Shown here: one piece after another, positions 24,881 through 39,213 of the stretch | Numbering within the stretch: position 1 is the stretch's first letter | Layout: each line of letters starts with the position of its first letter | From: the human T2T-CHM13v2.0 reference genome, Homo sapiens | Assembly (NCBI RefSeq): GCF_009914755.1 | Contig: NC_060937.1 | Length of the DNA: 64,000 nt | Reading direction: 5' to 3' (one strand) | Notes under the pieces: model-generated | Told to the model about the DNA's origin: nothing | The model's input: the letters and a program-made list of their open reading frames with translations, nothing else | The model's database searches: none | Translations under genes and position numbers: made by a program

Positions 24881-27800
24881 CAAAGGAGTAGAATTTTCAG
24901 TAATAAGATATCAAGTTTTCAAAATGAAAACACTCATAAAACTAAAGAGAATGCCTGCATGACACAGTGAAGCAGAGCTTGCTCACTAGATGAGGAAAGC
25001 ACCTATTTCATCATTTAACTTCAAAATCCTTCCAGATTTAATAGTTAGGATTTTAAACAGCTACATCTAGCTTTTCCTAGAAGTCTTGTTGCCTGTGAAT
25101 GAAAGGGAGTTCTAATTTGGAAAATTAGATTTCTTCACCCCATCTCTGAAAGCTTCCCTGATATTTATTGGAGACCAGAAGCATGAGTTGAAGGGTCAGA
25201 GGATCTGTGCTTCAAATCTAAAGGTTTTGATACAAAATGAAAAAGTGTAGGAATATAGAAAAGAAATGACCAAAGGAATCAATGTTTACATTTTAAGTCT
25301 TTGGATATCTCCATGAGATTGATTCAGACGGTTGTAAACACGCAAAGCACAGTGAAAGTCTGTGTGCAGATGTTAAAACATGATTATTGGAAACCTATTA
25401 TTTGGAAACCTATTATTCCAAGATCTGGGTGTTTAAAGTGGTCGGTGCGGTTTTGTTGGTTTTGTCTTTCTGGCTCCTTCTTAGGGACAGGGCAATGGTG
25501 AAATGTGTCCTCTTGTGGGATGTAAGGCAGTTTTGTTGTGGCAGAAATGGAAGGACTGGAAAAGGCTCCTACATAGAACAAGGAGTCACAACTCCCCATC
25601 TTCCACCTCATGCCACTTTGGTCAGATTGCTCAGGTATCTGGGTCCAAAAGTCAGACCGAGCAGCTTCCCCACCCATGGTGAATACAGAGTCAAAGTGAA
25701 TCCATCATGTCCATTTTCAAAACAATATAAAACACATGCTGAGCCAATGCTAAAGCAGTGCTATCTTTGTACACTTAACTCTGTTAGACTGTACCCAGGA
25801 CCTGTCTTTTGCTAAAGTATATCCAAGTATACCTGTACACACAAAGAGGTGGTTGTTGGAAATTTGTAGATGCCATGTGTCTATCTAGATTTGGTCTGCA
25901 TTTGCAGGCTAGTAGCTCACCCGAAGATTCTAGATGCAATTCTGCTGGATGTTTTAGTTTCTAAGTCTTACCACTTGTGGCTTTGGGAAATCACTCACTG
26001 GGTCTTAGCATCCATATGTATAAAAAAAGAGCTTGGATTTCCAAAAGGTAGATGTTGGGCTGAGGAGTTTATAGCAAACTTGTGTATAAATTAAAATTTC
26101 TTTGGTCTACTGTGATCACCGTCGTTAAACCAAGATTACTGCTAATAACCCTCCCAATGACCCTGTCTCCTGCCTGGCTGACGTCTATTCCACAGGAAAC
26201 ACTCAAAAAGGCTTTACCCTTTAAGCTCTGATAGTAGTGGCCACAGCAATGCAGCCACCACTATCCCGTTGTCACAGGCAACTTGAGCTTTCCAAGAAGG
26301 GTCAGGCACTAATCCTTATAATTAACACTCTTCCAGTAGTTTGCAGAAAGTCCTCCAACCAGGCTTAACCTAAGGGAACTAGCACTCTTTCAGATCCTCT
26401 TAAGCAGCTGGGGGAGGGAATCATGCTACAGAATCAGTATGACAATAGTTCTTTTCAGTGAAATTGCTTCAGTAAGTTCTCTTCCTGTTATATCCTTTCT
26501 AGTTAAAGTTAAAGAGGAGTGTCCAAGAATGCTGAAATTCCTCATGTGGGGAGAGTCAGCCTCATAATCTGAACCAAGGAGAGACTCATTTTAACATTCT
26601 GGAAAAAAGGTAAATCATTTCAGCCTGCGTTGAAGTCACTCCTCCAACCACTGGAAGAGATACACATCTACACTCAAAATAAAAGCCTTCCCTTAAATAC
26701 TCTTTAACAAAAAACCTTCTAACACACAAATCTGAAGATTTCTATTACAATAATTTTTTCAAAGACTTCTGAAAGTCATAACCCATTCAACCAAGAATCA
26801 TGCTTTCATTCCGGTTTAAAATTACACCCAGCAATTCAGAAGTGATTCAGAGCATCTACAGCAACACATTTCAGAAAGTCTGTCAGGTACTTAATTCTAC
26901 ATTAAGAATTAAGTGCAAGAATATATACTCTCTTTGTGCATTTGTTTAATACTTATTAATTGGTCTCACTATCATTTTTCATGTTTTCTGAGATGCTCAG
27001 CCATCTCGAGGGGTACAGAAAAAGTCACCAAATAAATGTGAATAATGATGATTACAGAGATTCGAACTGAGGACACAATCTCCTTATTCTACATTCGATT
27101 TAAATAATCTTCACAGGAGTAGTAAAGTGTAACTCCTTCCCGCAGAGGGCTGCAGTGACATAAACTGATGTGACAGATGGACACACCATAGCCCACCCTA
27201 ATTAGCATTCATTAGCATACTAAGTTGTATCTTGATCAGGCAGCGAACACAAGGTGTGCACAGAAACAGCATTTTCATGAACCCCATCCAGCTAAGATGC
27301 CTCTCTTCACCTTGGTGGGGGAAATTCATAGGATAATCATGCCATGATGCTTGGTGCTAAGTACTGTGCCACAAACAGAAAAGGTTTCAGGCTTAGGTGG
27401 AGGCAACCTAGAAAGGAGTGACTATTTCAAAACAGAAACTTAGGTTAAGCAGGACACAGAGAAATGTGAGACTTAAAAGACATGAAGGTCCCCAGAGATG
27501 GGAGAGGATTTGGAAGGGTAGTGGGAGAAAGGAGATCGTTTTTTACCTTTGTTTTTAAAGAAAAGCCATTCCCTGAAATTGAGGAAAGAGATCTTCTTTG
27601 TGTATCATTTCAGTGTGTCTATGTTGTCTTTGCTATTAGTGTGAAAAGCCTTTTATTTGAGCAGAAAAGGAATCAATAGAGAGAGGAAGAAAAGAAGGAA
27701 AACGAGTGCACACCACCACCTGCTTTTCTGGGAAGACAGAAAGCATAAAAAGAAGATACATGTAAGGTGTTTTGAGCACAATAAATATGTGGGGGTTTTT

Positions 27801-28399
27801 TTGTTTTTTTTTTTTTGGCACTGCCCTTCAGGATGATATTGGAAAAAAAACAACCACTTTCTTCTCCTAGGGCTGTGGGGTCATCAATTGAAGGGAAATT
27901 GCTTCCACCAGCTGATGACGCCCAAATCCATACCTCTAATTTCAGATCCTTCTTTTGAGCTTGGTGTCCATATATCTAGGGATTTACAGGACACTCATTC
28001 ATATAGACGTCCAAGTATTTCTGGAGGATGTACCATGAGGCAGGAAGTGTGTAGTGGAGAATCTGGGCTGAGTTTATTATTTAGTTTTGGACAGAGACAA
28101 GTGAGAAGAAACTGTTACTGCCGAGAGGGAGAATCACTGCGAGGGGAGCACACGCAGGAGCTCCACCCTGCCTGGGGCCGTGGAGGCGAGGAAGTAAGTG
28201 ACACTGGAGTCTAGACCTGAGTTATGAGGAGGGATTGCCCAGAGACAAGCTCAGGGAGAGGCCACAGAAGATGCGGGAAAACAGGTAAGGGCCACAGCCT
28301 TTTCAAACACCCGGAGAAGACAGAGATGATGGCATGCGTGATGGAGAAACAGTGATGTTTGGAATGGCGGGAATGTCTAGTAAGCTTCAAGCACTCCAA

Positions 28400-29410
28400 C
28401 ATCTAACTCTGCCCCTCCTTTTGTATTCTCTCTTCTTGTGAATGACACTACGGCCTTCCCAGTCCCCCACACCAGCCACCTGCACATCTTCCTGTTTCCC
28501 TTTACTTTCCATTCCTCCCCCAAATCCAATAAACCACCACCTTTCTTCTAAGAGTCTTGCAGACGGGGATCCTCTTTTCCAAGCCCCTCTTCTCTCCCCT
28601 GGACTGCTGTGACGGTCTCCGTGCTTATCCTCCTGTCTTTACCTTGTCCCCTCCAGCCCATGAGACACATCGTTGTTGGAGTGCTCTCTGCAGAAAACAG
28701 AATCTGTCTCATCTTTTCCCATCACCACCCCTCAGTGTCTACTCACGGCCCTCAGAATTAGTTAGCATCTACTTCATCTCAGGGCATGCGAGGCTTCGTA
28801 TGATTTGACCTCTGCTCAAACTTGCAGACCCCCCTATTTTCAGCCACTCTCCTGCATCTAACCTAAGATCCCATTACATGGAGCTTCCTTCAGTTACCAG
28901 AGCTTGCCCAACTCTCAAATTGAGTATTTTGTGTTTATTCTTTCCTTAAATGTCCCCACACTTCCTGTCTAGTTAATTCTATTATTTTATAATTCTCAGT
29001 GGAGACATCACCAACTGTGAGAAGCCTCCTTTGAAAGCCTCGTTGCCAGTCTAGATGGGGAAGCCTACATGCTTCCAAGCAGCCTGTGCTCTCCTCTCCC
29101 ATAGCACAAGTCACTGAGTCTGTCTGTTCCTCATCAGGCTCAAAGTGCTTTGAGGGGCAGGTACCAATTATTTCATCTTGTATTCATTTGAGCCTAGCAC
29201 AGTGTCCCCAAGCATTCATTCACTCTATTCTGCTTTTTTAACCACCTCAAGATGTTATAGTATGTTTCTGTGTAGTATCTGCCCCACTCTAAGGCAAGCT
29301 GTACAATGCCAGGGAGTTTGTTTTGTTCAATCCGTTGCCATGACAATGATACCTGGCAGAGGATAGGTGTTGAAGTAATTGTGTATTTGTTGAATGAATG
29401 AGTGAATGAA
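28400..29410 (+). mobile_element. L2 relic(s)
   Basis: L2-like body ending atttgttgaatgaatgagtgaatgaa. Confidence 0.65.
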
Positions 29411-29499
29411 TCTGATGTTCATGCCCTGATCCTAGCTTTGGTCCATTACGACTTCATCATGGCAAATCCCTATTTTTTCAGTTTTCTTTGACCTGAGAT

Positions 29500-29730
29500 T
29501 CTTTAGTAAGTGGTTGCTGACTAACTATTTGACATGGGACAAGTTGCTAATCCCCTCTCTGTCTCAGTTTCTCCTTTGGTGAGGAGAAATCTAGCTTCAT
29601 TAAATTGACATGCAGTTAAATCTACTTCATTAAATTGACATGAGAGTTAAATTAGTTTATTCATGTACAATATTTAAACAGTACCTAGCACATGGTAAAT
29701 GTCCAGTAAATGTTAGCTATCATCATCATC
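29500..29730 (+). mobile_element. MIR with an internal ~31-bp tandem duplication (29587-29648)
   Basis: ctctgtctcagtttctc...cagtacctagcacatggtaa; aaatcta(g)cttcattaaattgacatg x2. Confidence 0.7.
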
Positions 29731-31229
29731 AAAATTACCTCCATCTTGTTTTTATATCCCACACTCCTTTAAAATCATTCTTTGAAACATTTTTCCTCCT
29801 ACAAAGTCTTCAAGCTATAACTGTCCCAATCATTTTAGGGGCCACAGGACAGCTTCATGCAGAGTCTCTAGCATAATGCTAGATAGTTATTAAATGCTTG
29901 ACTAGAATGACAATTTGGAATTCCTCTTTTAAAATACTGGCATCTTGATGTGTAGGTCATCTTTTCAGATTGCCCCATACTGAACTGATCTGCACTATTC
30001 AATAGAAAATGAGTTTTTGGGAAACAGCGTTTTCTTGTCTATTCTCTCACTTCAGTTAGGAATAACAGTTATAAGCAGAATAACAATAGCATTTCTATTT
30101 TTATACATGACATCCATCCACCTGTTTTTCAAAACCTGACACCTGAGCCAGATGGATTTCATCCTAGTTTTATTTTCTTTCTTTTTCTTTTTTATTTTTG
30201 GAGAGGCTGGGATAATACCTGCACAGTGAGAGCAAAGCCATGGCCCCAGAAGCAAGGAGAGCTCATCCTAGGTTTAGATAGGAACTTAAATAAGGAAAAA
30301 ACCTTCCTCAGGTGCTCCAAGAATCAAATAAACACATGTTCACAGTGGCATTTCCATGGAGATGTTAGAAAGCCAATCTGAGCGTGCTATTCCATGTAAT
30401 TTGAACAGGTGCAAGTTAAGCATGGTGGCTTGCATTCCTATAATGCCAATAAAAGCTTTAATACTCTGGAGATTAATTAATGATAAAAACAAGATCTTGC
30501 TGGCATCTGTGATGAATGCTTGTGGGTATTGAATACATAGCCTGACACAGGTATGTGTGTCTGTATATGTGCATTGAGTTTAAGCATTGTCCAAAAGATG
30601 GCACTGTTTGTGTTTTTATCATGTTTAATTGCAAACTTTATACTATCTAGGCATATTAATGAACTAATTTAAGACAGAGCAGAGATATCATCCTCCACAC
30701 AAATCAAACTGCTACTTTATTATAGGCCCTTTCAAACTCTTCATCTCTTTCCTCACGAAATGAATATGCCCAAGCTGTTAAATGCAATAACTGCAATGTC
30801 AGCAAACCTTTTATTTATCAAATACTTTTTTTTCTATCTTAAAGGGGATTATAAAACCTACCTTTGAAATCATTACAGATACACGACAGAAGACGGATAA
30901 TTGTGACATATTTAACTTTTTAATCTTGGGAAGCTAGATTTTTCAAATATAAGTACTTCTTGATCATTTAAACGTGACTACACATGTAACACACAACTGG
31001 TAGTTGCAGTAATTATTAAAAAGCATTGTTCTTTGAAATTACTAACACAGCAAAAGGTGAAATCTCCAAATAACTTTATGAGGGCAAATAGGAAATTAGC
31101 TCCAATAACATTCTACAATCTCAAAATGTACTAGGGAATACTTCTGTGTGGGAGTGAGACATGCTGAGAGATGGCTTGTTAGAAGCACTCTGATGTTGCA
31201 GTGGACATATACATTTTTGCCTGTACAGC

Positions 31230-31402
31230 ATGTCTTTTGGAAATCACCGTTCCTCATTCTTAAGCGACTTGCAGTCATTGTTCATTGGCCAAAGCAAGTC
31301 AAATGGCAACCCTAAATTCAATGGGTTGTGGAAGTGCAGGACTGCTATGTTCCTGAAAGGGTGGGGGGAAAGTGAAGTATTTAGATAATGTGTACTATTA
31401 CC
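31230..31402 (-). mobile_element. MLT1 LTR fragment
   Basis: cattggccaaagcaagtcaaatggcaaccctaaattcaatggg. Confidence 0.55.
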
Positions 31403-32285
31403 TAAATTCAGGGTGTGGTTTTCATAAGGCTAGAAGCAAAAGCCAGTGAGTGGTTTCGCCAAGTTGGCGGAGAAGGGGTTTGTTAGATACGGAGATAAAT
31501 AAAATTCCATAAAAAAAGCTTTCCCTAATGACAAAGAATCATCAGGGAGAAATGACACAGAATTTGCATTAATGTACATACTAGAGTGGATTAGAATGTT
31601 TTTTCACTCCAACTCCTACAGAGTCACTTATAGCCAAGGCTAGATTAGAGCTTTATAGAGCAGAAAACATTTTCCCTTTATGCAAAAAATTTTCAGGGAA
31701 CTAATGTTCTTTTTGATACCAGCAGAAAGCAAACAGTGTTAAGATACTTTTATTATGGTAGGTAGCGTTTGAAATATGTTCCCAGCAATGTAAAAGAGCA
31801 GCAAGTGAGTAGCCTGCTAAGAGTCCTGTAGCAATTAGGAACTTCCAGAGAACGAATAAAGATTTCTCTTATGCATATTTAATAACAGCTGAAATTTTAT
31901 GGTAGAGAGTGCCAGGAATTTTGTGTCTATGTGTTTGTTTTTCTTTATTTCTTGCTTCCTATTGCATCCTCTAATATCTTATTAGTTTGTAACATTCTCT
32001 TAGTGGCTTCAGTATAATAACTTGTATTGGAATTATCTGTTCATATTTTATGTTTCCTGAAGAACTGGGTATAAGGAGACAAAGATAAGATTCATTGACA
32101 TAGGGAAGTTGCTTAGATGCAGAAAAAGCGCTGAAAAAAACTAAGACACTAGCTGGGATAGATTTGTTTCCTGTTAGTAGCTGTGCATGAATGCATCAAT
32201 GTTGTTGAACATTTGTTTTCCCTGATACTGTGTATCAAATGAGAACTGTTCAGTGACTTCTATAATGCATTTTAGGTGATCTTGG

Positions 32286-32400
32286 GGCTGGGTGCAGTGG
32301 TGCATGCCTGTAATCCTAGCATTGGGAGGATTGCTTGAGATCAGGAGTTCAAGACCAGCCTGGGCAAAATAGTGAGACCCTGTTTCCTCAAAAAAAAATA
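32286..32400 (+). mobile_element. FLAM with a short internal deletion
   Basis: Left Alu monomer plus A tail; deletion at gggagg. Confidence 0.8.
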
Positions 32401-32504
32401 AAAATAAAGTAAATTAATAATAAAAACAAAAAGTGAATTTAATAATATGGTTCACCTGCTGCAAGCTACATAATGAATATGAATACATAATAAGTCTTAA
32501 TGTA

Positions 32505-32800
32505 TTTTTTTTTGAGGTGGAGTTTCACTCTGTTGCCCAGGCTAAAGTGCAGTGGTGTGATCTCAGCTCACTGAAACCTTTGTCTCCCGGGTTCAAGTGA
32601 TTCACTTGCCTCAGCCTCCTGAGTAGCTGGGACTATAGGCTCCCACCACCACACCCGGCTAATTTTTGTATTTTTAGTAGATTAGGGTTCATCATGTTGC
32701 CCAGGCTGGTCTTGAACTCCTGACCTCAAGAGGCAAGTGAATCACCTGCCTCAGCCTCCCAAAGAGCTGGGATTACAAGTGTGAGCCACCGAGCCTGGCC
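32505..32800 (-). mobile_element. AluS
   Basis: Full Alu, TSD taagtcttaatgtattt. Confidence 0.95.
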
Positions 32801-32839
32801 CAGTAAGTCTTAATGTATTTGAATATACTAAAGAAGTTA

Positions 32840-33090
32840 AGTCATAGGCTTTGGAGTTGCATATAGCTCAGTGTGAAGCCCAGATGCTATTTGTTTACTG
32901 TGTAATCTTGTCTAAATCACTTCACCTCTCTGAGCTTTAGTTTCCTCTCCTGGCTTACCTAATCATGCTCACTTGAGTAATATTAAGGTAACCTCATAGG
33001 ATTGTTTTGAGAATTATACAATATAACTTACATAAAGAACCAGGCACAGTGTCTGAACATAGTAAGTAGTTAATAAATATTAGCTATTAA
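32840..33090 (+). mobile_element. MIR
   Basis: aggctttggagt...cacttcacctctctgagctttagtttcctc...cacagtgtctgaacatagtaagt. Confidence 0.8.
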
Positions 33091-33348
33091 TGATCAAAGC
33101 ACAGATTTTTTTTTCCAAAAAATCTTCTTTGTCTCCTTAAACCTTGTGATAGGTAAACAGGAAAGGTATTATTATGCTCTGCTGCAGGACACGGAGACTC
33201 AGAGGGTTTAAAGGATATACTTTCAGGTCACCTGAGGAGGTCATGCAAAGCTGAGGTCTAGTGATGTCCAGCTCAGTGAAATTTTCCTGCCATCACCATG
33301 TGGATAGTTACACTAATAAGCACTCCCATCTGTAAGCCATTTACATCC

Positions 33349-33597
33349 ATGGTTAGTTAGTTTTAGGTATCTAAATAGCCATACCATAGTATCCAGTGAT
33401 TTAATCAAATGTGAATCTAGGTGTTGTTGTGAAGATATTTTGTACATGAGGTTAACATCTATGATCAGGTGACTTTAGCTAAGGAAAACTACCCTTCATT
33501 ATGTGGGTGGGCTTCATTTAATCAGTTGAAGGTCTTAAGTGCAAAAGCTGAGGTTTCCTGTAGAAGAAGAAATTCTGTTCTGAAACTGAAGCATCGG
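33349..33597 (+). mobile_element. MLT2 (ERVL) LTR, partial
   Basis: aatctaggtgttgttgtgaagatatttt...tgtgggtgggcttcatttaatcagttgaagg...aagaagaaattctg. Confidence 0.75.
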
Positions 33598-34698
33598 CAC
33601 ACACAAATGTGTGTACCTCCACTGGCATCTCAGCATCTGTAAGCAGGCTCTTGACTTTGAACACAAATGTTTCATGTTGAGATGGAGTCCTCAGCCCCAA
33701 CACATAGGACTTTTCTGGATCCCAGTCCCTACAGTTATATGATAAAGGGTCAGGAGGAGAAAGTGAAGCTTAATATTACTTAAGTGAACATGACTAGGTA
33801 AGCCAGGCAGAAAATTATCTTAAAATTTTCTTTAAACGAAGAAGTAGTTTGCTTTTCTTTTCCTTCCCACACAGGTAAGTTTCCTATGATTGTTTCCATC
33901 AGTACCTCATGACATCGAAGCCAAGAGGAAGGGTTATCCTTCCTGTGGCCACCCCCAACCGACAAAAACCCTATTACTTATGTTTTGGATTTCACTCCTT
34001 CCTGCCCCTTCAGGGCCCTCACTCTATCAATTATCTCCTCCTTTCTGCTTTAACAAGCTTTATTAATGGTGATGATGTTGTTGATGATGATGATAATAGT
34101 AATGATGATCTCCATGTGTAAACAGCTGCACAGAATCAAATCACAATCCTATGAAGTAATTTGTTGGTCTTTTCATTGAATAGATGAGAAAACTAAAGCT
34201 TAGAGAAGCTGCAGCCCATGCCCATAGCTGCCCTATTAATAGCTAGAAAAGACCTGGAATTTAAAATCAAGCCTGTTTGAATCCAGTGCTTTCCCCAGTG
34301 GCTCCTTCATATCTTACTCAACTTGCTCAATTTTATTCCAATAGTAATTTAGTGCAAGGCATGAAGTCATTATTTCTTTAGCCTGTTTTAATTACAAAGC
34401 CTAGCTTCAAAAAAGTCTGCCAAACTGTTAAAATGGGGTCGGTCAAATCCTTGTAAGTCCTGAGTTTTGCTATATCAGGTCTTCAGCCCAGGGTTCTCTC
34501 TCAGCTTGGTCTGCCAAGCACTAGCAGCAAGGTTATGGGAGAGGGTGTTCTCTAAGGACAACTTTCTTCTCTTTAAAAGATGACAGCTGACTTTCAGTTT
34601 CTGGTCCAGCATATAAGAAGCTTGAAAGTAGCCACTATCTCCTAACAATAAGCAAAAAAACAGAACAAACTGAAAACTCAACAAATCTTCTTAGATCT

Positions 34699-35439
<741 letters not shown>

Positions 35440-36334
35440 GATCTGTAAGAGAAGTGAGGTTACAGGTCAAACTGCTACCCTCACAAATTGGAGGCAGAGG
35501 TGGATATGGAGAATTAAAACCTATCAGAGTGGAAACCCATGAGCAGAAACCTCCACAAGAACAAGTGCTGGGTTCAAAAATCTTGAACTGTAATTAATGA
35601 ACTGCTGGGGGCTCAGTATGGGCAAGAAGGAGAATTAAAAACTCCAGGGGTCTCCAGTCACAGTGGGATCCTCACACATTTGTGAGTTTTACCTCCATGA
35701 GTTCAACCTGCTTCTCACGGTGAATATCAGAGAAAAATTCCTTCTTGCTCCAGCAGGGCGAAGGGAAAAGAAGCCATTTTGAAATATGTCAGAGATTTCT
35801 ATTCTTCTTAACAAGGTCTACTCTCAGGAGAAACTATTCAACCACAGCCTAATCTGCCGGGGGTTTAGCCAGGAAAGGGAAATACCCAACTCCAGGTCAT
35901 CTAGCCATCTTGTCTCACTTAAAGGAAGGAAAACTGAGAAGCACTTGAAAACTTCACAGTCCCAGAGGTACAGGCTCACGAAAAGACTTTAGAAGTAATC
36001 GTAGAACCTTAGAATGCTTTTCCTCCACAAGCATCTTATTATTACATTATGAAAGGTCTATTTAGAGCATTTTCTTCTACCTGGTGCATCATGTCCAAGT
36101 TCAAAAATATTAGAAGGCACTCTAAAAGGCAAGAATACAGTTTGAAGTGATGGAGCAAGCATCAGAATCAGACTCAGATATGGCAGGGATGCTGAAATTA
36201 TTAGACCAAGAATCTAAAACAACTATGATTAATATGCTAAGGGCTTTAATGGATAAAGTAGACAGTATGTAAGAACAGATGGGCAATGTAAACCAAGACG
36301 GAAATTCTAAGATCAAAAAGGGATAAAAAATATT

Positions 36335-36610
36335 GTGACAAATACAGTATGATTTCACTTATATGAGATATCTTAAAAAGCCAAAATCATAGAATCAAAG
36401 AGTAGAATGATGTTGCTAGGACCTGGGGGGAGAAAGAAATGAGGAGTTACTAACCAACAGGCATGAAATTTCAGTTTAGCAAGATGAATAAGCTCTAGAG
36501 ATCTACTGTACAATATTGTACCTACAGTCAACAATAATGTATCGCAAACTTAAAATTTTGTTGACAGGGTAGATATCATGTTAATTGTTTTTACCACAAT
36601 AAAATAACGT
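36335..36610 (+). mobile_element. L1MA/MB 3' fragment inserted in the L1MC ORF1 region
   Basis: gacaaatacagtatgatttcacttatatgag...agttt..caagatgaataagctctagagatct...accacaataaaa. Confidence 0.75.
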
Positions 36611-38770
36611 TAAAACAACAACAATAACAACAGCACTGTAATAGAAATGAAGAATGACTTTGGTGAGCTTATTAGTAGACTGGACACAACTGAAGAAAAA
36701 TACCTGAGCTTGAAGATACATCAGTAGAAACCTCACAAACTGAAAAGTAAAGAGACAAAAGCCTGAAAAAAAACAGAACAGAATATCCAAGAACTGTGGG
36801 AAAACAACCAAAGGTGTAACATATATGTAATGAGAATACCAAAAAGAGAAGAAAGAGGGAAAGGAACAAAGGAAATACTTGAAACAAACAATAACAGAGA
36901 ATTTCCCCCCAAATTAATGTCAGATATCAAACCACAGACTCAGGAAGCTCAGAAAACACCAAAAAGAAAAAATGCCAAAACAACTACACATGGGAATATC
37001 ACATCTACACTACATAAAATTAGAGGTAAAGAAAACAATTCTGAAAGGAGTCAGAGGGAAAAAACATCTCACCTACAGAAGAGCAAAGATAAGAGTTGCA
37101 TCTGACTTCTCAGAGACCATGCAAGCAAGAAGAGAATGGAGTGAAATATTTAAAGTATTGAGAGAGGGGGAAAAAAAACAAAACATAACCAGAGTTCTGT
37201 TCCTGGTGAAATAGTCATTCAAAAGGGAAGGAGAAATAGATTTTCTAAGACAAACAAAAATTGAGGAAATTTGCTGCTAGTAGACCTGCCTTGCTTGCAA
37301 GAAATGCTAAAAAAAAAAAGTTCTTTAAAAAGAAGAAAAATTATATAGGTCTGAAATTTGGACTTACGTAAAGAAAGGAAGAGCATTGAAGAATGAAAAA
37401 GTGAAGGTAAAATAAAAACTTCTTATTTTTCTTATTCTTAACACCTGGGTATTTATCCCGTGTATTCAAGGCTGGTTCAATATTCAAAAATTAATTAATG
37501 TAATTCATCACATCAACAGGCTAAAGAAGAAAAATCACATGATTATATGAATAGATGCAGAAAAAGCATTTGACAAAATCCAACACCCATTCCTGATTGA
37601 AAGAAAGAAAAAAAACCCAGGAAATTTGGAATAGAGGGAAGCTCGCTGAACTTGATAAAGAATATCTACAAAATACCTAGAGCTAACCTCACACATAATG
37701 GTGTGAAACTAGAAGTTTTCCCACTAAGATCAGGAACAAGGCAAAGATGTCCCTTACCATTCCTCTTCAACACTGTACTAGAAATTTTAGCTAATGCCAT
37801 AAGACAAGAAAAGGAAATAAAATGTATACTGAGAGTGAAGGAAGAAATAAAACTGTCATTGTTTGCAGATGACATCATTATATATGTAGAAACCCTGAAA
37901 GAATTATCAACAACAAAAAAAACTTCTGGAACTAGTAAGTGATTATAGGAAGGTTGCAGGATACAAGGGTAATAAACAAAAGTCAATTGCTTTCTTATAT
38001 ACCAGCACTGGACAACTGGAATTTAAAATTAAATATGAAATACAGCTTATGCTAACACTTCCTAAAATGAAATACTTAGGTATAAATCTAACAAAATATT
38101 TATAATATCTCAATAAAAACCTACAAAACTATGACTAAAGAAATCAAAGTAGAATTAAATAAATGGAGAGACATTCTATGTTTATAAATAAGAAGACTCA
38201 ATATTGTCAAGATGTCAGTTTTTTTCAACTTGATCTATAGATCAAATGAAATTCCAATAAAAAACCCAGCAAGTTAGTTTGTGGATAGCAACAAACTATT
38301 CTAAGGTTTATGTGGCAAAAGACACAGAACAGCTGACACAATATTGAAGGAAAAGAAAAATTTGGAGTACTGTTAATATCTGACTTTAAGATTTAATATA
38401 AAGCTATAGTAATCAAGATGGTATGATATTGATGAAAAAATAGACAAGTAGATCAATAGAACAGAATAGAGTCCAGATATAGACCCACATAAATATAGTC
38501 AACTGAACTTTGACAAAGGGATTTAAGGCAATACAATGGAGAGAAGATAGTCCTTCAACAAATGGTTCTGGAACAAGCATGTACACATATATCAACACAT
38601 GAACCTAGAACAGACTTTATACCCTTCACAAAAATTAATTCAAAATGGGTCACAGACCGAAATGTAAAACACCCAATAATAAAACTTCTAAAAAATAACA
38701 TAGAAGAAAATTTAGGTGGCCTTAGTTTTGACAATGACTTTTTAGATATGACACCAAAGGAATGCTTCAT

Positions 38771-39213
38771 GAGGGAGCAACAGACATGGGGGCCACTTAG
38801 GAGTGGAGGATGGGAAGAGGGAGAGGAGCAGAAAAAATAACTATCGGGTACTAGACTTAGTACCTGGGTAACAAAATAATCTGTACAACGAACCCCCAGG
38901 AAATGAGTTTACCTATAAACAAACCTGCACATGTACCCCTGAACCCAAAATAAAAGTTTTTTTTTTAAAAAAAGAGGAGACTAGGACACACAGAGAGAGG
39001 CATCAGGGGCACACATGCAGAGAGGGACAACCGTGTGAAGAGACAGCAAGAGGGCAGCCAGCTGCAAGCCAGGGAGAGATGCCTCCCTGGAAGCTCAGGG
39101 AACAGAGCTTCCCTTACGGCCGTCAGAGGAAACATACCCCAGCACCTTGATCTTGGACTTCCAGTCCCCAGAACTGTGAGAAGATAATTTGTTGTTGTTT
39201 AAGACAAAAATAA
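38771..39213 (+). mobile_element. 5'-truncated L1P(A/B) 3' end plus MLT1 LTR fragment (candidate 3' transduction)
   Basis: L1 3'UTR to ~38973, MLT1 segment ~38974-39203, A-rich tail, flanked by aaaggaatgcttcat / aaaggaattcttcac. Confidence 0.75.

Noticed and set aside
25384-25815. 97-aa and 142-aa overlapping ORFs as a host coding exon
   Set aside because: No recognisable domain, a tandem duplication at one end and no convincing exon boundaries
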